From Oligoflexia bacterium (GTDB taxonomy: Bacteria; Bdellovibrionota_B; Oligoflexia; Oligoflexales; JAGOVF01): DNA of 64,000 nucleotides. Shown piece after piece: positions 48,789 through 57,919 of the stretch (position 1 is the stretch's first letter; each line of letters begins with the position of its first letter). Under the pieces are notes generated by a model, which saw only the letters and a program-made list of their open reading frames with translations, was not told where the DNA came from and searched no databases. The position numbers were made by a program, and so were the translations under genes. The stretch covers positions 4,548 to 68,547 of the forward strand of contig JAUILP010000004.1 of the NCBI GenBank assembly GCA_030432875.1. The letters run 5' to 3'.

Positions 48789-49316
48789 ATGAAAAAAATA
48801 ATTTTCGCGTTGATTTTCTGTTTCTCTAGTGTTGCTTTTAGCAGTGGTAATTCACCTTTAATTGGTACATGGGAGCGCTGCGCCAGTGTGGGAAAATTGA
48901 AGTTAGGATCAGAAAAGTACACATTTACTTTTGATCAAGACGGCAAAATGACACTTCGTACTGACCTATATTTATATCCAGGTTGTAAATTAGGGGCTTT
49001 CCAAGGGCAAATGGTATATGGCTCCTTTAGTCTTGTGGGTAGTAACCAATTATCCATTGTTTATAAACAAGAGGGTGCAGGCATATTTTATAGTAAAAAA
49101 ATTATGAGCGGTATGGCTCCTCTATTTTGCGATAATTATGGTTCAGATGTTACATTGAACACCTGGAGAACTGATTGTTCAGCATATTTTAACGGTCGCT
49201 TTGAACTCGGTACTGAATTTGGTCCGTTTGATTTTGTTGTTTCTGATGAAAATGATAAATTACATTTTCCAGATTTTGGTGAAGGGGTTGAAGAAAATTA
49301 CCAAAGAATTAAGTAA
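48789..49316 (+). CDS. hypothetical secreted protein
   Basis: 175 aa with signal peptide MKKIIFALIFCFSSVAFS. No family recognised. Confidence 0.6.
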   Translation: MKKIIFALIFCFSSVAFSSGNSPLIGTWERCASVGKLKLGSEKYTFTFDQDGKMTLRTDLYLYPGCKLGAFQGQMVYGSFSLVGSNQLSIVYKQEGAGIFYSKKIMSGMAPLFCDNYGSDVTLNTWRTDCSAYFNGRFELGTEFGPFDFVVSDENDKLHFPDFGEGVEENYQRIK

Positions 49317-49552
49317 AGTCTCGGATCCTTTGCCAAAACAGGCTCTATTTTTTTCAGTTGTACACTAAAAGCCCTCGGTTGGTGTGCTATCGCTTTTTAT
49401 AGAAACCAATAGGCTAAATCTCCTGAAGTATAGTAGCCACTAAGCCAAAGAAGTGCTATGGAAGGTGGATTACTGGGCGTCTGGGGGGACATTTAATGAC
49501 ACTTCAATATCCAGCCAGGAGTTGATTTTTAATATTTATAAAAATCAAATAC

Positions 49553-50392
49553 TTAATGACTATCAAAACAGGAAATAACATCCTCTCGGGTAAAAAAACG
49601 TTTATTACACTCTGCGCAGACGTATCGGGCTCCATCACGGGTGTATTTTTCTTTTTCTTCACGTGAAGCCATTTGCACAGCACTTTTGGGTTTTTCTTCG
49701 GCCTCCTGGGCAGCCTCTCGTCCTTTTCTATCCACAACTGATTTGGGAGGCTCTGTGCAGGGCTTTGTATAGCAAGCCTCGACATCTTCCTGTGTAAAAT
49801 ATTTTCCTTTGCAGCGGCGGCAGATATACCGAGCGCCGTCTCGGGAGAACATTTCTGCTTTTTGCCTTCGTTCTTCTCGAAGGCTCAATGAGTTGACAAT
49901 ACTGTTGGCTTTGCTGGTGTCGCTTGTGCCCAGCTTAGTTTTATTTTTTTCACTGATATTTTGATTTAAATTCTCAATATTCTGACTTGCATTCATCGAA
50001 ACAATCTGGTCAGATGATGATGTATTTTTTAGATTTTGTGTTTCCTGTTCACTTTGTCTCTGGGCAAAATTTTTCTGGGAGCTTTTTTGGCAGTTTCTCA
50101 GGCAGTGGTCTGCTGCTGGGGTGTCTTTGTAGCTGCGACGGCATAAGGGACACTGGTAGGAAATTTTTCCCGTGGCAGATTTGACGGTGATCACACATAC
50201 GGTTTTACTCATCTGAGCGACGCAGTTTGTTAAACACTCGAAAGCGAGTGCTAGATAAGGAAAGCCCTTTCGGCAGACCCCACAAACATGCAGTCCCCCT
50301 TGTTGTAAAACTTTTTTTATTATAGGTTGGTTACTTTGCACGCCAGCTTTTTTGACTGGTTTTGGATAAAGAAGTCCCATAGGTGTTCCCAA
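49553..50392 (-). CDS. hypothetical protein with four C-x2-C...C-x3/4-(C/H) zinc-finger-like repeats
   Basis: 279 aa. The four repeats are HVCGVCRKGFPYLALAFECLTNC, YQCPLCRRSYKDTPAADHCLRNC, YICRRCKGKYFTQEDVEACYTKPC and YVCAECNKRFFTREDVISCFDSH. The start is uncertain (TTG 50392 or ATG 50380). Confidence 0.6.
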   Translation of the reverse strand: MGTPMGLLYPKPVKKAGVQSNQPIIKKVLQQGGLHVCGVCRKGFPYLALAFECLTNCVAQMSKTVCVITVKSATGKISYQCPLCRRSYKDTPAADHCLRNCQKSSQKNFAQRQSEQETQNLKNTSSSDQIVSMNASQNIENLNQNISEKNKTKLGTSDTSKANSIVNSLSLREERRQKAEMFSRDGARYICRRCKGKYFTQEDVEACYTKPCTEPPKSVVDRKGREAAQEAEEKPKSAVQMASREEKEKYTRDGARYVCAECNKRFFTREDVISCFDSH

Positions 50393-50547
50393 GTTTGGAA
50401 TTTTTTCAATTTAGTTAGGACTATCGGTTTGATCAGATCTTTCTTGAGTAGTGATTGAGATCATACGATAATTACAGTTTTTTTTCTTAAGGTTTCTCAA
50501 GTCATCTAGGCGAGAGTCTCGCCTAATTATTTTTAAGAGTAAAAAGA

Positions 50548-51414
50548 ATGACATTTATTAAAATTATTTTTGTATTCGTGAGCATTTTTACGACATCCGT
50601 ATGGGCTCTCCCTAGTATGGATCCTCCGCAAGTGGATAGTTCGCGTATGGATAGCGAAACGCCCCCTCAAGAATTTGATGGTGTCGGTATTAGTGAAAAA
50701 CTGGGAACGACTCTGGATTTTAGTGGCCTCAATTTTGTTACCGCCAGGGGCGAGTCTGTAAATCTTGGTCAGTATTTTCATCAGGGAAAGCCCGTGATGT
50801 TGGTTCTTGCTTATTATACGTGTTCAAATCTATGCAACCTCCTACTCGGCGGCATGTCTTCTGCGGTGCGTATGCTTGATTATGATGCGGGTAATCAGTA
50901 CGAAATTGTTGCCGTCAGCTTTAATCACCGTGATCAACCAAGCGATGCTCTTAAGAAAAAGGAGTTTTTTCTTAAGGAATATGGGCGTCAGGGTGGAGAG
51001 CAGGGGTGGCACTTTTTAACCGGAGATGAAGCCACCATTAAACGATTGACCGATCAGGTCGGTTTTACCTTTAAATGGGACGAGGAATCGAACCAATATG
51101 CGCACGCTAGTGCCCTTATGCTTGTGAGCCCCGAGGGGATGATGTCCCGTTATCTCCATGGTATTTCCTTTAAAACCTCTGATGTCAAGCTTGGTCTCAT
51201 TGAGGCTGGGCAGGGCAAAATCGGCAGTATCTTGGAACAGGCCTTGATGTTTTGTTTTCGCTATGACCCCACCAAAAAAGGCTACGCTGTTTATGCGTAC
51301 AATATTGTGAAAACAGGCGCAGGTCTTATGATTATATTGCTTTTTAGTTACCTATTTTGGTTTTGGTATACAGAGCTTAGGAAGAAAGTGGGGCAGCAGC
51401 CTCAGGCGTCTTGA
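50548..51414 (+). CDS. SCO1/SenC copper chaperone for cytochrome oxidase assembly
   Basis: Thioredoxin-fold CxxxC (YYTCSNLCNLL) with a downstream conserved His (YAHASALMLVSPEG). A C-terminal TM extension is present. It lies immediately upstream of the cox genes. Confidence 0.85.
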   Translation: MTFIKIIFVFVSIFTTSVWALPSMDPPQVDSSRMDSETPPQEFDGVGISEKLGTTLDFSGLNFVTARGESVNLGQYFHQGKPVMLVLAYYTCSNLCNLLLGGMSSAVRMLDYDAGNQYEIVAVSFNHRDQPSDALKKKEFFLKEYGRQGGEQGWHFLTGDEATIKRLTDQVGFTFKWDEESNQYAHASALMLVSPEGMMSRYLHGISFKTSDVKLGLIEAGQGKIGSILEQALMFCFRYDPTKKGYAVYAYNIVKTGAGLMIILLFSYLFWFWYTELRKKVGQQPQAS

Positions 51415-51474
51415 GTCCAAATCCTTTTTTCGAAGGATTTGGTTGGGTGAAATATTTTTTGGGAGTTTTGGTAC

Positions 51475-52431
51475 ATGGCGGAACATACTTTTTTTGGACT
51501 CTTACCCCCGCAAGCTACGGAAATAGCTAAGGGTGTTGATGACTTGTTTATTTTCATTACGGCAATCAGTGTCTTCTTTTTCTTACTTGTCATTGGTTTG
51601 ATGCTGTCTTTTGCGCGAAAATACCGCGCCGAAAAAAATCCCGTCCCTACTGATATCCATGAGAATTTGCCTCTGGAAATTTTATGGACAGCAATTCCCA
51701 CGTTGATTTTAGGTGTTATTTTTGTTTGGGGATTTATTGTTTATAAAGATATGTCAGCTGCACCTGGTTCTGCCTATGAAATTCGGGCTATTGGTAAACA
51801 GTGGCTATGGAAATTTCAATATGACCACGGGGCATCAACTGTTGGTGAACTTTATGTTCCTGCGCGTCAACCAGTAAAAATAATTCTTACCTCCGATGAT
51901 GTTTTGCACAGCTTGTTTATCCCTGACTTTCGCGTAAAAAAGGATGCTGTGCCGGGAATGTATACTTCCCTTTGGTTTCGTGCTGATGAGCCCGGAGAAC
52001 ATGTCATTTACTGTGCAGAATACTGTGGAACTAATCACTCTGGTATGCTTGGTAAAGTGATTGTTATGGAGCCAGGCAAATTTGAAGAGTGGCGTTCAGG
52101 TAAACTTGATGCTACTGCCACATCTAATGGTGAGAATGTGCCTTTAGACATACAGGGAAAAGCTTTGACAGAAAAATTTGGTTGTGTTGCCTGTCATTCA
52201 ACTAATGGTTCGGTTATGGTGGGGCCGTCATTCAAGGGTCTTTATGGAAAAACGGAGACGTTATCAGATAATTCCAAAATTGTCGTCGATGATGCCTATA
52301 TTAGAGAGTCTATTATAGAGCCTCAGGCTAAGGTCGTCTTAGGGTTTGATCCTGTGATGGCGACCTATAAAGGTTTGGTCAAAGAAGAGGATATCAATGC
52401 AATCATTGCTTATTTGCAGACTCTAAAGTAG
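51475..52431 (+). CDS. ctaC: cytochrome c oxidase subunit II with fused C-terminal cytochrome c (caa3-type)
   Basis: Two TM helices, CuA motif HSLFIPDF...CAEYCGTNHSGM, and C-terminal haem c site CVACHS. Confidence 0.95.
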   Translation: MAEHTFFGLLPPQATEIAKGVDDLFIFITAISVFFFLLVIGLMLSFARKYRAEKNPVPTDIHENLPLEILWTAIPTLILGVIFVWGFIVYKDMSAAPGSAYEIRAIGKQWLWKFQYDHGASTVGELYVPARQPVKIILTSDDVLHSLFIPDFRVKKDAVPGMYTSLWFRADEPGEHVIYCAEYCGTNHSGMLGKVIVMEPGKFEEWRSGKLDATATSNGENVPLDIQGKALTEKFGCVACHSTNGSVMVGPSFKGLYGKTETLSDNSKIVVDDAYIRESIIEPQAKVVLGFDPVMATYKGLVKEEDINAIIAYLQTLK

Positions 52432-52495
52432 ATCGTAGTGCTCCGACTCATAAAAAAGAACTCATTATAAATAATGTTAACGAGGAGATTATAGG

Positions 52496-54100
52496 ATGAC
52501 ACAATCAGGCGCCGCTCATGGCGACAACTATTTAAATCATGAAAAGGGGATTAAATCCTGGCTTACTACGGTAGACCACAAACGAATTGGGGTAATGTAT
52601 TTATTTACCGTGCTGGCATTTTTTCTTGTGGGTGGCATTTTTGCCTTACTCGTACGCCTAGAGCTTTTTTCCCCAGGCCATACTATTGTCGGTCCCCAGA
52701 CTTATAATCAGTTTTTTAGTTATCATGGGACCATCATGGTCTTTATGGTGATTATTCCTCTTATCCCTTCTACATTTGGTAATTTCATATTGCCAATGCA
52801 CCTCGGCGCCAAAGATGTTGCCTTTCCTAGACTCAACCTATTATCCTATTACTTATATATAGGCGGTGCCTTTTTAGCAGCATCTACGATGGCATTTAAA
52901 GGTATTGATTCTGGTTGGACCTTTTATGCGCCGCTTTCCCTTCAGTCTCGTGCGAGTACAACACTTGTCCTTACCGGTGCTTTTATTATGGGCTTTTCTG
53001 GGATAATAACGGCTCTCAATTTTATTACGACGACCCATAAACTGCGCGCGAAAGGTTTGACCTGGGACCGTTTGCCGCTATTTATTTGGGCAATGTATGC
53101 GACTAATATCATTCAAATATTAGCCACGCCAGTGCTCGCGCTGACGCTACTTTTACTTGTCGCTGAGCGCGTTCTTGGGATTGGCTTTTTTGACCCGACC
53201 CTTGGCGGTGACCCTGTTCTTTTTCAGCACTTCTTTTGGTTTTACTCACATCCTGCTGTGTATATTATGATTCTGCCAGCAATGGGTATTATAAATGAGG
53301 TGATTCCCGTCTTTTCTCGCAAAACAATTTTTAGTTACAAAGCCATGGCCGCAGCGATATTTGGTATTGCCATTGTCGCCTTTGTGGTTTGGGGGCATCA
53401 TATGTTTGCTTCAGGCCAATCAGATACGGCGAGTTTCCTTTTTTCTTTGATAACTAAGCTTGTTGGGGTTGCCACAGGTATCAAAGTTTTTGCCTGGCTT
53501 GCGACTATGTACAAAGGAAGCATTCGCTTTAATGCCCCAATGCTATGGGCGATGGCTTTTATCTTTGTCTTTACCGTGGGTGGCCTTACCGGAATTTATT
53601 TGTCAACCATCGCCACTGATATTCATTTAACGGACACATATTTTGTGGTAGCCCACTTTCACTATACCATGGTGGGAGGTGCGATTACCGGTTTTATGGC
53701 GGGTATACACTATTGGTTTCCAAAAATATTTGGCAAGATGTACAAAGAAGGCCCTGCGGCCGTGGCTTGCGCCTTGGTCTTTATCGGCTTTAATCTCACG
53801 TTTTTTCCTCAGTTTATTGCAGGATCACGCGGAATGCCTCGCCGATACTATGATTATGCCCCTGAGTTTACCTATCTCAACCAGCTTTCCACTATAGGTT
53901 CATTTATGGTTGCTATAGGGTTTGTTGTGACAGCAATATATCTATTTCAAGCAATGAGAAACGGAGCCAAAGCTCCCGCTAACCCATGGGGTTCTGCTAC
54001 GCTTGAGTGGCGCACTGCCTCTCCGCCTCCGCATGACAATTTTTCAACTGACCCAGTTGTGACGGCAGGTCCTTATGATTATAGTTCCATTAAGGTTTAA
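52496..54100 (+). CDS. ctaD: cytochrome c oxidase subunit I
   Basis: Haem-copper oxidase subunit I signatures (WFYSHPAVYIMILPAMG, HHMF, VAHFHY). 534 aa. Confidence 0.97.
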   Translation: MTQSGAAHGDNYLNHEKGIKSWLTTVDHKRIGVMYLFTVLAFFLVGGIFALLVRLELFSPGHTIVGPQTYNQFFSYHGTIMVFMVIIPLIPSTFGNFILPMHLGAKDVAFPRLNLLSYYLYIGGAFLAASTMAFKGIDSGWTFYAPLSLQSRASTTLVLTGAFIMGFSGIITALNFITTTHKLRAKGLTWDRLPLFIWAMYATNIIQILATPVLALTLLLLVAERVLGIGFFDPTLGGDPVLFQHFFWFYSHPAVYIMILPAMGIINEVIPVFSRKTIFSYKAMAAAIFGIAIVAFVVWGHHMFASGQSDTASFLFSLITKLVGVATGIKVFAWLATMYKGSIRFNAPMLWAMAFIFVFTVGGLTGIYLSTIATDIHLTDTYFVVAHFHYTMVGGAITGFMAGIHYWFPKIFGKMYKEGPAAVACALVFIGFNLTFFPQFIAGSRGMPRRYYDYAPEFTYLNQLSTIGSFMVAIGFVVTAIYLFQAMRNGAKAPANPWGSATLEWRTASPPPHDNFSTDPVVTAGPYDYSSIKV

Positions 54101-54134
54101 TTAAAAAAGTATCTTATTTTTCTGAGGGGGTTCT

Positions 54135-54785
54135 ATGGCGGAAGTCGCGGTTCATGGTCATCATCACCACGCACATCATTTTGAAAGTTCAGAACATGAG
54201 TTTGTTTCATGTAAACAAGGCATGTGGCTATTTTTGCTCCAAGAAGTTTTATTTTTTAGCCCGTTATTTGTCGCTTATGCAATTTTCCGTTCTCTTTATC
54301 CAGGTGCCTTCATGGAGGGCCATCAGTATCTTGATTGGCGTATGGGGGGCTTAAACACCTTGGTTCTTATCAGTAGTAGTTTATCAATGGCGCTAGCAGT
54401 CAGTGGGGCGCAGCGAAGTCAAACTAAAAGAACCGTTATTGGTTTGTCGCTGACTCTTTTTTTTGCCCTGTGTTTTCTTGTCGTCAAATACTTTGAATAT
54501 TCCCATAAACTGCACCTAGGTATTTCTACGGCAGGATTTTTTTCTCTCCCAGGAATTCATGATCCTAAAACTCCGCTATTTTTTAGCCTTTATTTTGTCA
54601 TGACCGGCTTGCATGGAATTCACGTTATAGGGGGCATGATTGCCATTATATGGGTACTAAGGCGTGCGCGACGGAATGAATTTAATGCGCAGTATAATAC
54701 ACCGGTTGAGATGGTGGGACTCTACTGGCATTTTGTCGATTTGGTCTGGATTTATTTGTTCCCTATGCTCTATTTAGTGGGCTAA
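54135..54785 (+). CDS. ctaE: cytochrome c oxidase subunit III
   Basis: Polytopic, with the conserved C-terminal YWHFVDLVWIYLF motif. Its position follows subunit I. Confidence 0.9.
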   Translation: MAEVAVHGHHHHAHHFESSEHEFVSCKQGMWLFLLQEVLFFSPLFVAYAIFRSLYPGAFMEGHQYLDWRMGGLNTLVLISSSLSMALAVSGAQRSQTKRTVIGLSLTLFFALCFLVVKYFEYSHKLHLGISTAGFFSLPGIHDPKTPLFFSLYFVMTGLHGIHVIGGMIAIIWVLRRARRNEFNAQYNTPVEMVGLYWHFVDLVWIYLFPMLYLVG

Positions 54786-54821
54786 ATAATATTATTATTA
54801 AATTCTAAGGAGATTATTAGT

Positions 54822-55220
54822 ATGGGGCATTCTGCAGATCCTGGAAGTACAAAGCACGAACATTTTATTTTGCCAGATAAACTGGCATTTAAGATATTTT
54901 TTCTTCTTATTGTGGGAACTATCTTAACTGTTGCTGCGGCGCAGATTCACATCGGTATTTTTAATTTCCCACTGGCGATGCTGATTGCGAGCATTAAAGC
55001 TTATCTCGTAATGAGTTATTTCATGGGCCTAAAGTTTGATTTACTGGAAAATAAAATATACTTTTTGGGTTCACTTCTTTTTGTGCTTATTTTTATTGTC
55101 TTAACGGCAAGCGATCTATTATTTAGAGAAGTTGGCTCAAACAATCCTGATTTTATCAGAAAATTCGAAGGTCCAACAAGCGGACTCGTCGCGCCAGTCG
55201 AGCCTGTTGGTCACGAATGA
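54822..55220 (+). CDS. cytochrome c oxidase subunit IV family protein
   Basis: Small 3-TM protein directly after subunit III, in the position usual for bacterial CoxIV/CtaF-like subunits. RBS AAGGAG. Confidence 0.7.
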   Translation: MGHSADPGSTKHEHFILPDKLAFKIFFLLIVGTILTVAAAQIHIGIFNFPLAMLIASIKAYLVMSYFMGLKFDLLENKIYFLGSLLFVLIFIVLTASDLLFREVGSNNPDFIRKFEGPTSGLVAPVEPVGHE

Positions 55221-55236
55221 GACGGTATTTTCTAAT

Positions 55237-55285
55237 ATGCTGTCAGTAAAGAAGGTTTTTATCTTTTTATATTGACAGCATTTTT
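55237..55285 (+). terminator. candidate terminator of the cox operon
   Basis: 9-bp stem ATGCTGTCA...TGACAGCAT with an AU-rich, partly paired 27-nt interior, followed by TTTTT. Confidence 0.4.
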
Positions 55286-55301
55286 CAAAAATGATTATAT
55301 T
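55272..55301 (+). promoter_or_regulatory. sigma70-type promoter for tRNA-Asp
   Basis: TTGACA (55272-55277), then N17/18, then TTATAT/TATATT (55295-55301), about 20 nt upstream of the tRNA 5' end. Confidence 0.55.
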
Positions 55302-55322
55302 TTAGTTCTATTTTCCCTATGC

Positions 55323-55399
<77 letters not shown>

Positions 55400-55413
55400 T
55401 TTTCTACTAAAGT

Positions 55414-55444
55414 CCCACTCCTCACCGAGTGGGTTTTTTGTTTT
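55414..55444 (+). terminator. rho-independent terminator after tRNA-Asp
   Basis: CCCACTC-ctcacc-GAGTGGG followed by TTTTTTGTTTT. Confidence 0.85.
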
Positions 55445-55525
55445 AGTACTCCTCAAAATCTTCTCATCATGCTGTTTCTACCCGATATTCCCAAGATAAA
55501 GTTATAAATACCCAATAAATCAATC

Positions 55526-55576
55526 TTGACTTTTTTATACATTAAAATATTATCATATTATAATTTGATAATATTT
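55526..55576 (+). promoter_or_regulatory. promoter plus AT-rich palindromic operator upstream of the ArsR-family gene
   Basis: TTGACT (55526-31), N16, TATTAT (55548-53). Perfect 11-bp inverted repeat AAATATTATCA (55545-55) - N10 - TGATAATATTT (55566-76) overlaps the -10 element. Confidence 0.6.
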
Positions 55577-55591
55577 GTGTGGAAAAAATTC

Positions 55592-55906
55592 ATGAAAAAA
55601 GTTTCTCCCAGTAATCTGCCTCGGTTAATCGAATCATCGCTAGAAGTCAGCGCCCTACTCAAATCCTTAGCTCATCAGGACCGACTTTTACTCCTTTGTT
55701 TTATTGGCGAAGGCGAAAAGACGGTGAATGAGATCGAGGAATTTCTGGGGGCGTCGCAAAGTTCTGTTTCACAAAACTTAACCCGACTCCGCGATAAGGG
55801 TCTTCTGTCAGCTAGGCGCGAGGGTAAGTTTGTCTTTTATCGCATTCTCAATCCTCAAGTAACTGAGTTGATACAGGCTTTAGAATCTATATTTTGCAAG
55901 ATTTAG
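55592..55906 (+). CDS. ArsR/SmtB-family transcriptional regulator, two-Cys (BigR/SqrR-like persulfide-sensor candidate)
   Basis: Winged HTH VNEIEEFLGASQSSVSQNLTRLRDKGLL...GKFVFYRI. There are only two Cys, Cys36 (LLLLCFI) and Cys102 (IFCKI), counted from ATG 55592. The track start at 55526 is an unlikely TTG extension. Confidence 0.8.
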   Translation: MKKVSPSNLPRLIESSLEVSALLKSLAHQDRLLLLCFIGEGEKTVNEIEEFLGASQSSVSQNLTRLRDKGLLSARREGKFVFYRILNPQVTELIQALESIFCKI

Positions 55907-55931
55907 TACGGATAGCGACTGAGGTATTAAG

Positions 55932-57368
55932 ATGAAAATTGGTTCATTAATTTTAAAAATGGGTGGTGTCGGTCGGTGCATTAATTTAGTTGTTTTTTAT
56001 CTGTTGTTTACGGCATTGGTCGTAAATGCCGCTGTTGATGAACCCCCTATCCCCCTTAATCCCAATAAAAATAGGTCTCTTCCCCATCTCGATCACAGCG
56101 CCTATTTTAAAGATGGTGTTAAATCCCCTCAAGAAGTTACAAAAGCCTGCCTTAAGTGTCACCCCAAGAGTGGAGCAGAGGTCATGAAAACAGCACATTG
56201 GAGCTGGTTAAGTGGCGATACTACCCGCAACGGGAAACTTGTGCGCTTTGGCAAAAAAAATCAGATGAATAATTTTTGCATTAGCGTGACGGGCAATTGG
56301 GCGTCGTGTACAACCTGTCACGCAGGCTATGGGTGGACTGACAAGAACTTCGATTTTAGTAAAGAAGAAAATATCGACTGCCTGGTCTGTCACGATGGTT
56401 CCGGCACATACTCTAAATCGAAAGGTGGTTTGCCCAAGGCAGATGTAGATCTTGCCAATGTAGCGGGGAGTGTTCATAGACCTACGAGAGAAAATTGTGG
56501 CATTTGTCATTTTAATGGTGGCGGTGGCATGGGCGTTAAACACGGTGATTTAGATGACTCCCTCCTCAATGCAAACGAGAAAATTGATGTCCACATGGGA
56601 AAATTAAATTTCCAGTGTGTTGATTGCCACCAAACAAAAGAGCATTTTATTCCGGGAAAGGTCAATGCAACTTATAGTGAAGCGACACCAGTTAAGCGTT
56701 TTGATTGTACGAATTGCCACACCGATGCGCCTCATCGTGATCGTCAGCTAAATTTTCATGTGGCTCGTATCGCCTGCCAAACCTGTCATATCCCGTATTT
56801 TGCAAAAAAAACTCCGACGAAAATGACTTGGGATTGGTCTAAGGCTGGAGACGCAAAGCGCAAAGAGGATAAGCATGAATATCTTAAAATTAAGGGTGAA
56901 TTTACTTATGAGAGTAATGTCGTCCCTAGTTATGCCTGGTATACGGGCAAAATGGAGCGCTATATAACAGGAGACAAGCTGGATTCCCTGAGCGACCAAG
57001 CCATTAATAAACCCATAGGTTCTCGTCAAGACAGCAAGGCAAAAATATGGCCCTTTAAGGTACACCTGGCCAAGCAAATCTACGATACGGTCAATCTTAT
57101 TCTTATTCCCCCGTTGACCAGTGGCGAAGGTGGCTATTGGTCAAAATTTGACTGGATGACCGCTGCCCGAGAAGGAGCAAAAGTCGCAGGTCTTCCTTTT
57201 AGCGGTAAGTTCTCATTTGTGCCAACGCGCATGTACTGGCCCATTACTCATATGGTAGCTCCAGCTAAAGAATCCATAACGTGTCAGGGGTGTCATGCAA
57301 AGAGTGGACGTCTTGATTGGCGAGCTTTGGGGTACGAACGTGATCCCGTAGGAGGAAAGAAACTATGA
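55932..57368 (+). CDS. periplasmic octahaem c-type cytochrome (tetrathionate-reductase/Otr-like family candidate)
   Basis: Signal/anchor sequence. Eight CxxCH sites: CLKCH, CTTCH, CLVCH, CGICH, CVDCH, CTNCH, CQTCH, CQGCH. The ~478-aa size is typical of Otr-type octahaem enzymes. Confidence 0.8.
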   Translation: MKIGSLILKMGGVGRCINLVVFYLLFTALVVNAAVDEPPIPLNPNKNRSLPHLDHSAYFKDGVKSPQEVTKACLKCHPKSGAEVMKTAHWSWLSGDTTRNGKLVRFGKKNQMNNFCISVTGNWASCTTCHAGYGWTDKNFDFSKEENIDCLVCHDGSGTYSKSKGGLPKADVDLANVAGSVHRPTRENCGICHFNGGGGMGVKHGDLDDSLLNANEKIDVHMGKLNFQCVDCHQTKEHFIPGKVNATYSEATPVKRFDCTNCHTDAPHRDRQLNFHVARIACQTCHIPYFAKKTPTKMTWDWSKAGDAKRKEDKHEYLKIKGEFTYESNVVPSYAWYTGKMERYITGDKLDSLSDQAINKPIGSRQDSKAKIWPFKVHLAKQIYDTVNLILIPPLTSGEGGYWSKFDWMTAAREGAKVAGLPFSGKFSFVPTRMYWPITHMVAPAKESITCQGCHAKSGRLDWRALGYERDPVGGKKL

Positions 57369-57889
57369 AAAAAATTCATGAACCTAAACCATTTATCAAT
57401 CCTTATCTTGCGGGATTTATGCTTGGCATTGTTTTATTTCTTGCCTTTGCTCTCACGCATAGTGGGCTTGGAGCATCAGGCGCGATTAGCCGACTTCAAG
57501 TTGCGACAGTGGGACTCTTTTTCCCCTCCCATGTTGATCAAGTCGGCTATTTTGCCGCTATGGGAGGTGGGGATAGGCATCCCTTAGATCATTCCAGTAT
57601 ATATTTGCTTCTGGGAACTTTTCTCGGTGGTTTTATTTCCGCTAAATTTAATGGTCGTTTGCGCTTAGAAATTTTTAAAGGGCCACGCATTACAAATTTT
57701 TCCCGTATTGCTCTGGCTCTTCTTGGTGGCGCAATTATGGGTTACGGGGCGCGCTTCGCTCGTGGCTGTACCTCCGGGCAAGCCCTCACCGGTGGCGCAG
57801 TGCTATCGGCAGGGAGCTGGACTTTCATGTTTAGTGTATTTATTGGCGGCTATCTCGTCGCTTATTTTGTTCGTAAACTTTGGAATTAG
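57365..57889 (+). CDS. YeeE/YedE-family sulfur-compound transporter half-protein
   Basis: Polytopic protein with the conserved ARGCTSGQAL motif. Its ATG overlaps the upstream stop (ATGA). Confidence 0.8.
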   Translation: MKKIHEPKPFINPYLAGFMLGIVLFLAFALTHSGLGASGAISRLQVATVGLFFPSHVDQVGYFAAMGGGDRHPLDHSSIYLLLGTFLGGFISAKFNGRLRLEIFKGPRITNFSRIALALLGGAIMGYGARFARGCTSGQALTGGAVLSAGSWTFMFSVFIGGYLVAYFVRKLWN

Positions 57890-57919
57890 TCTCATTTTTT
57901 TATTTCGAGGAGCAGTGCC

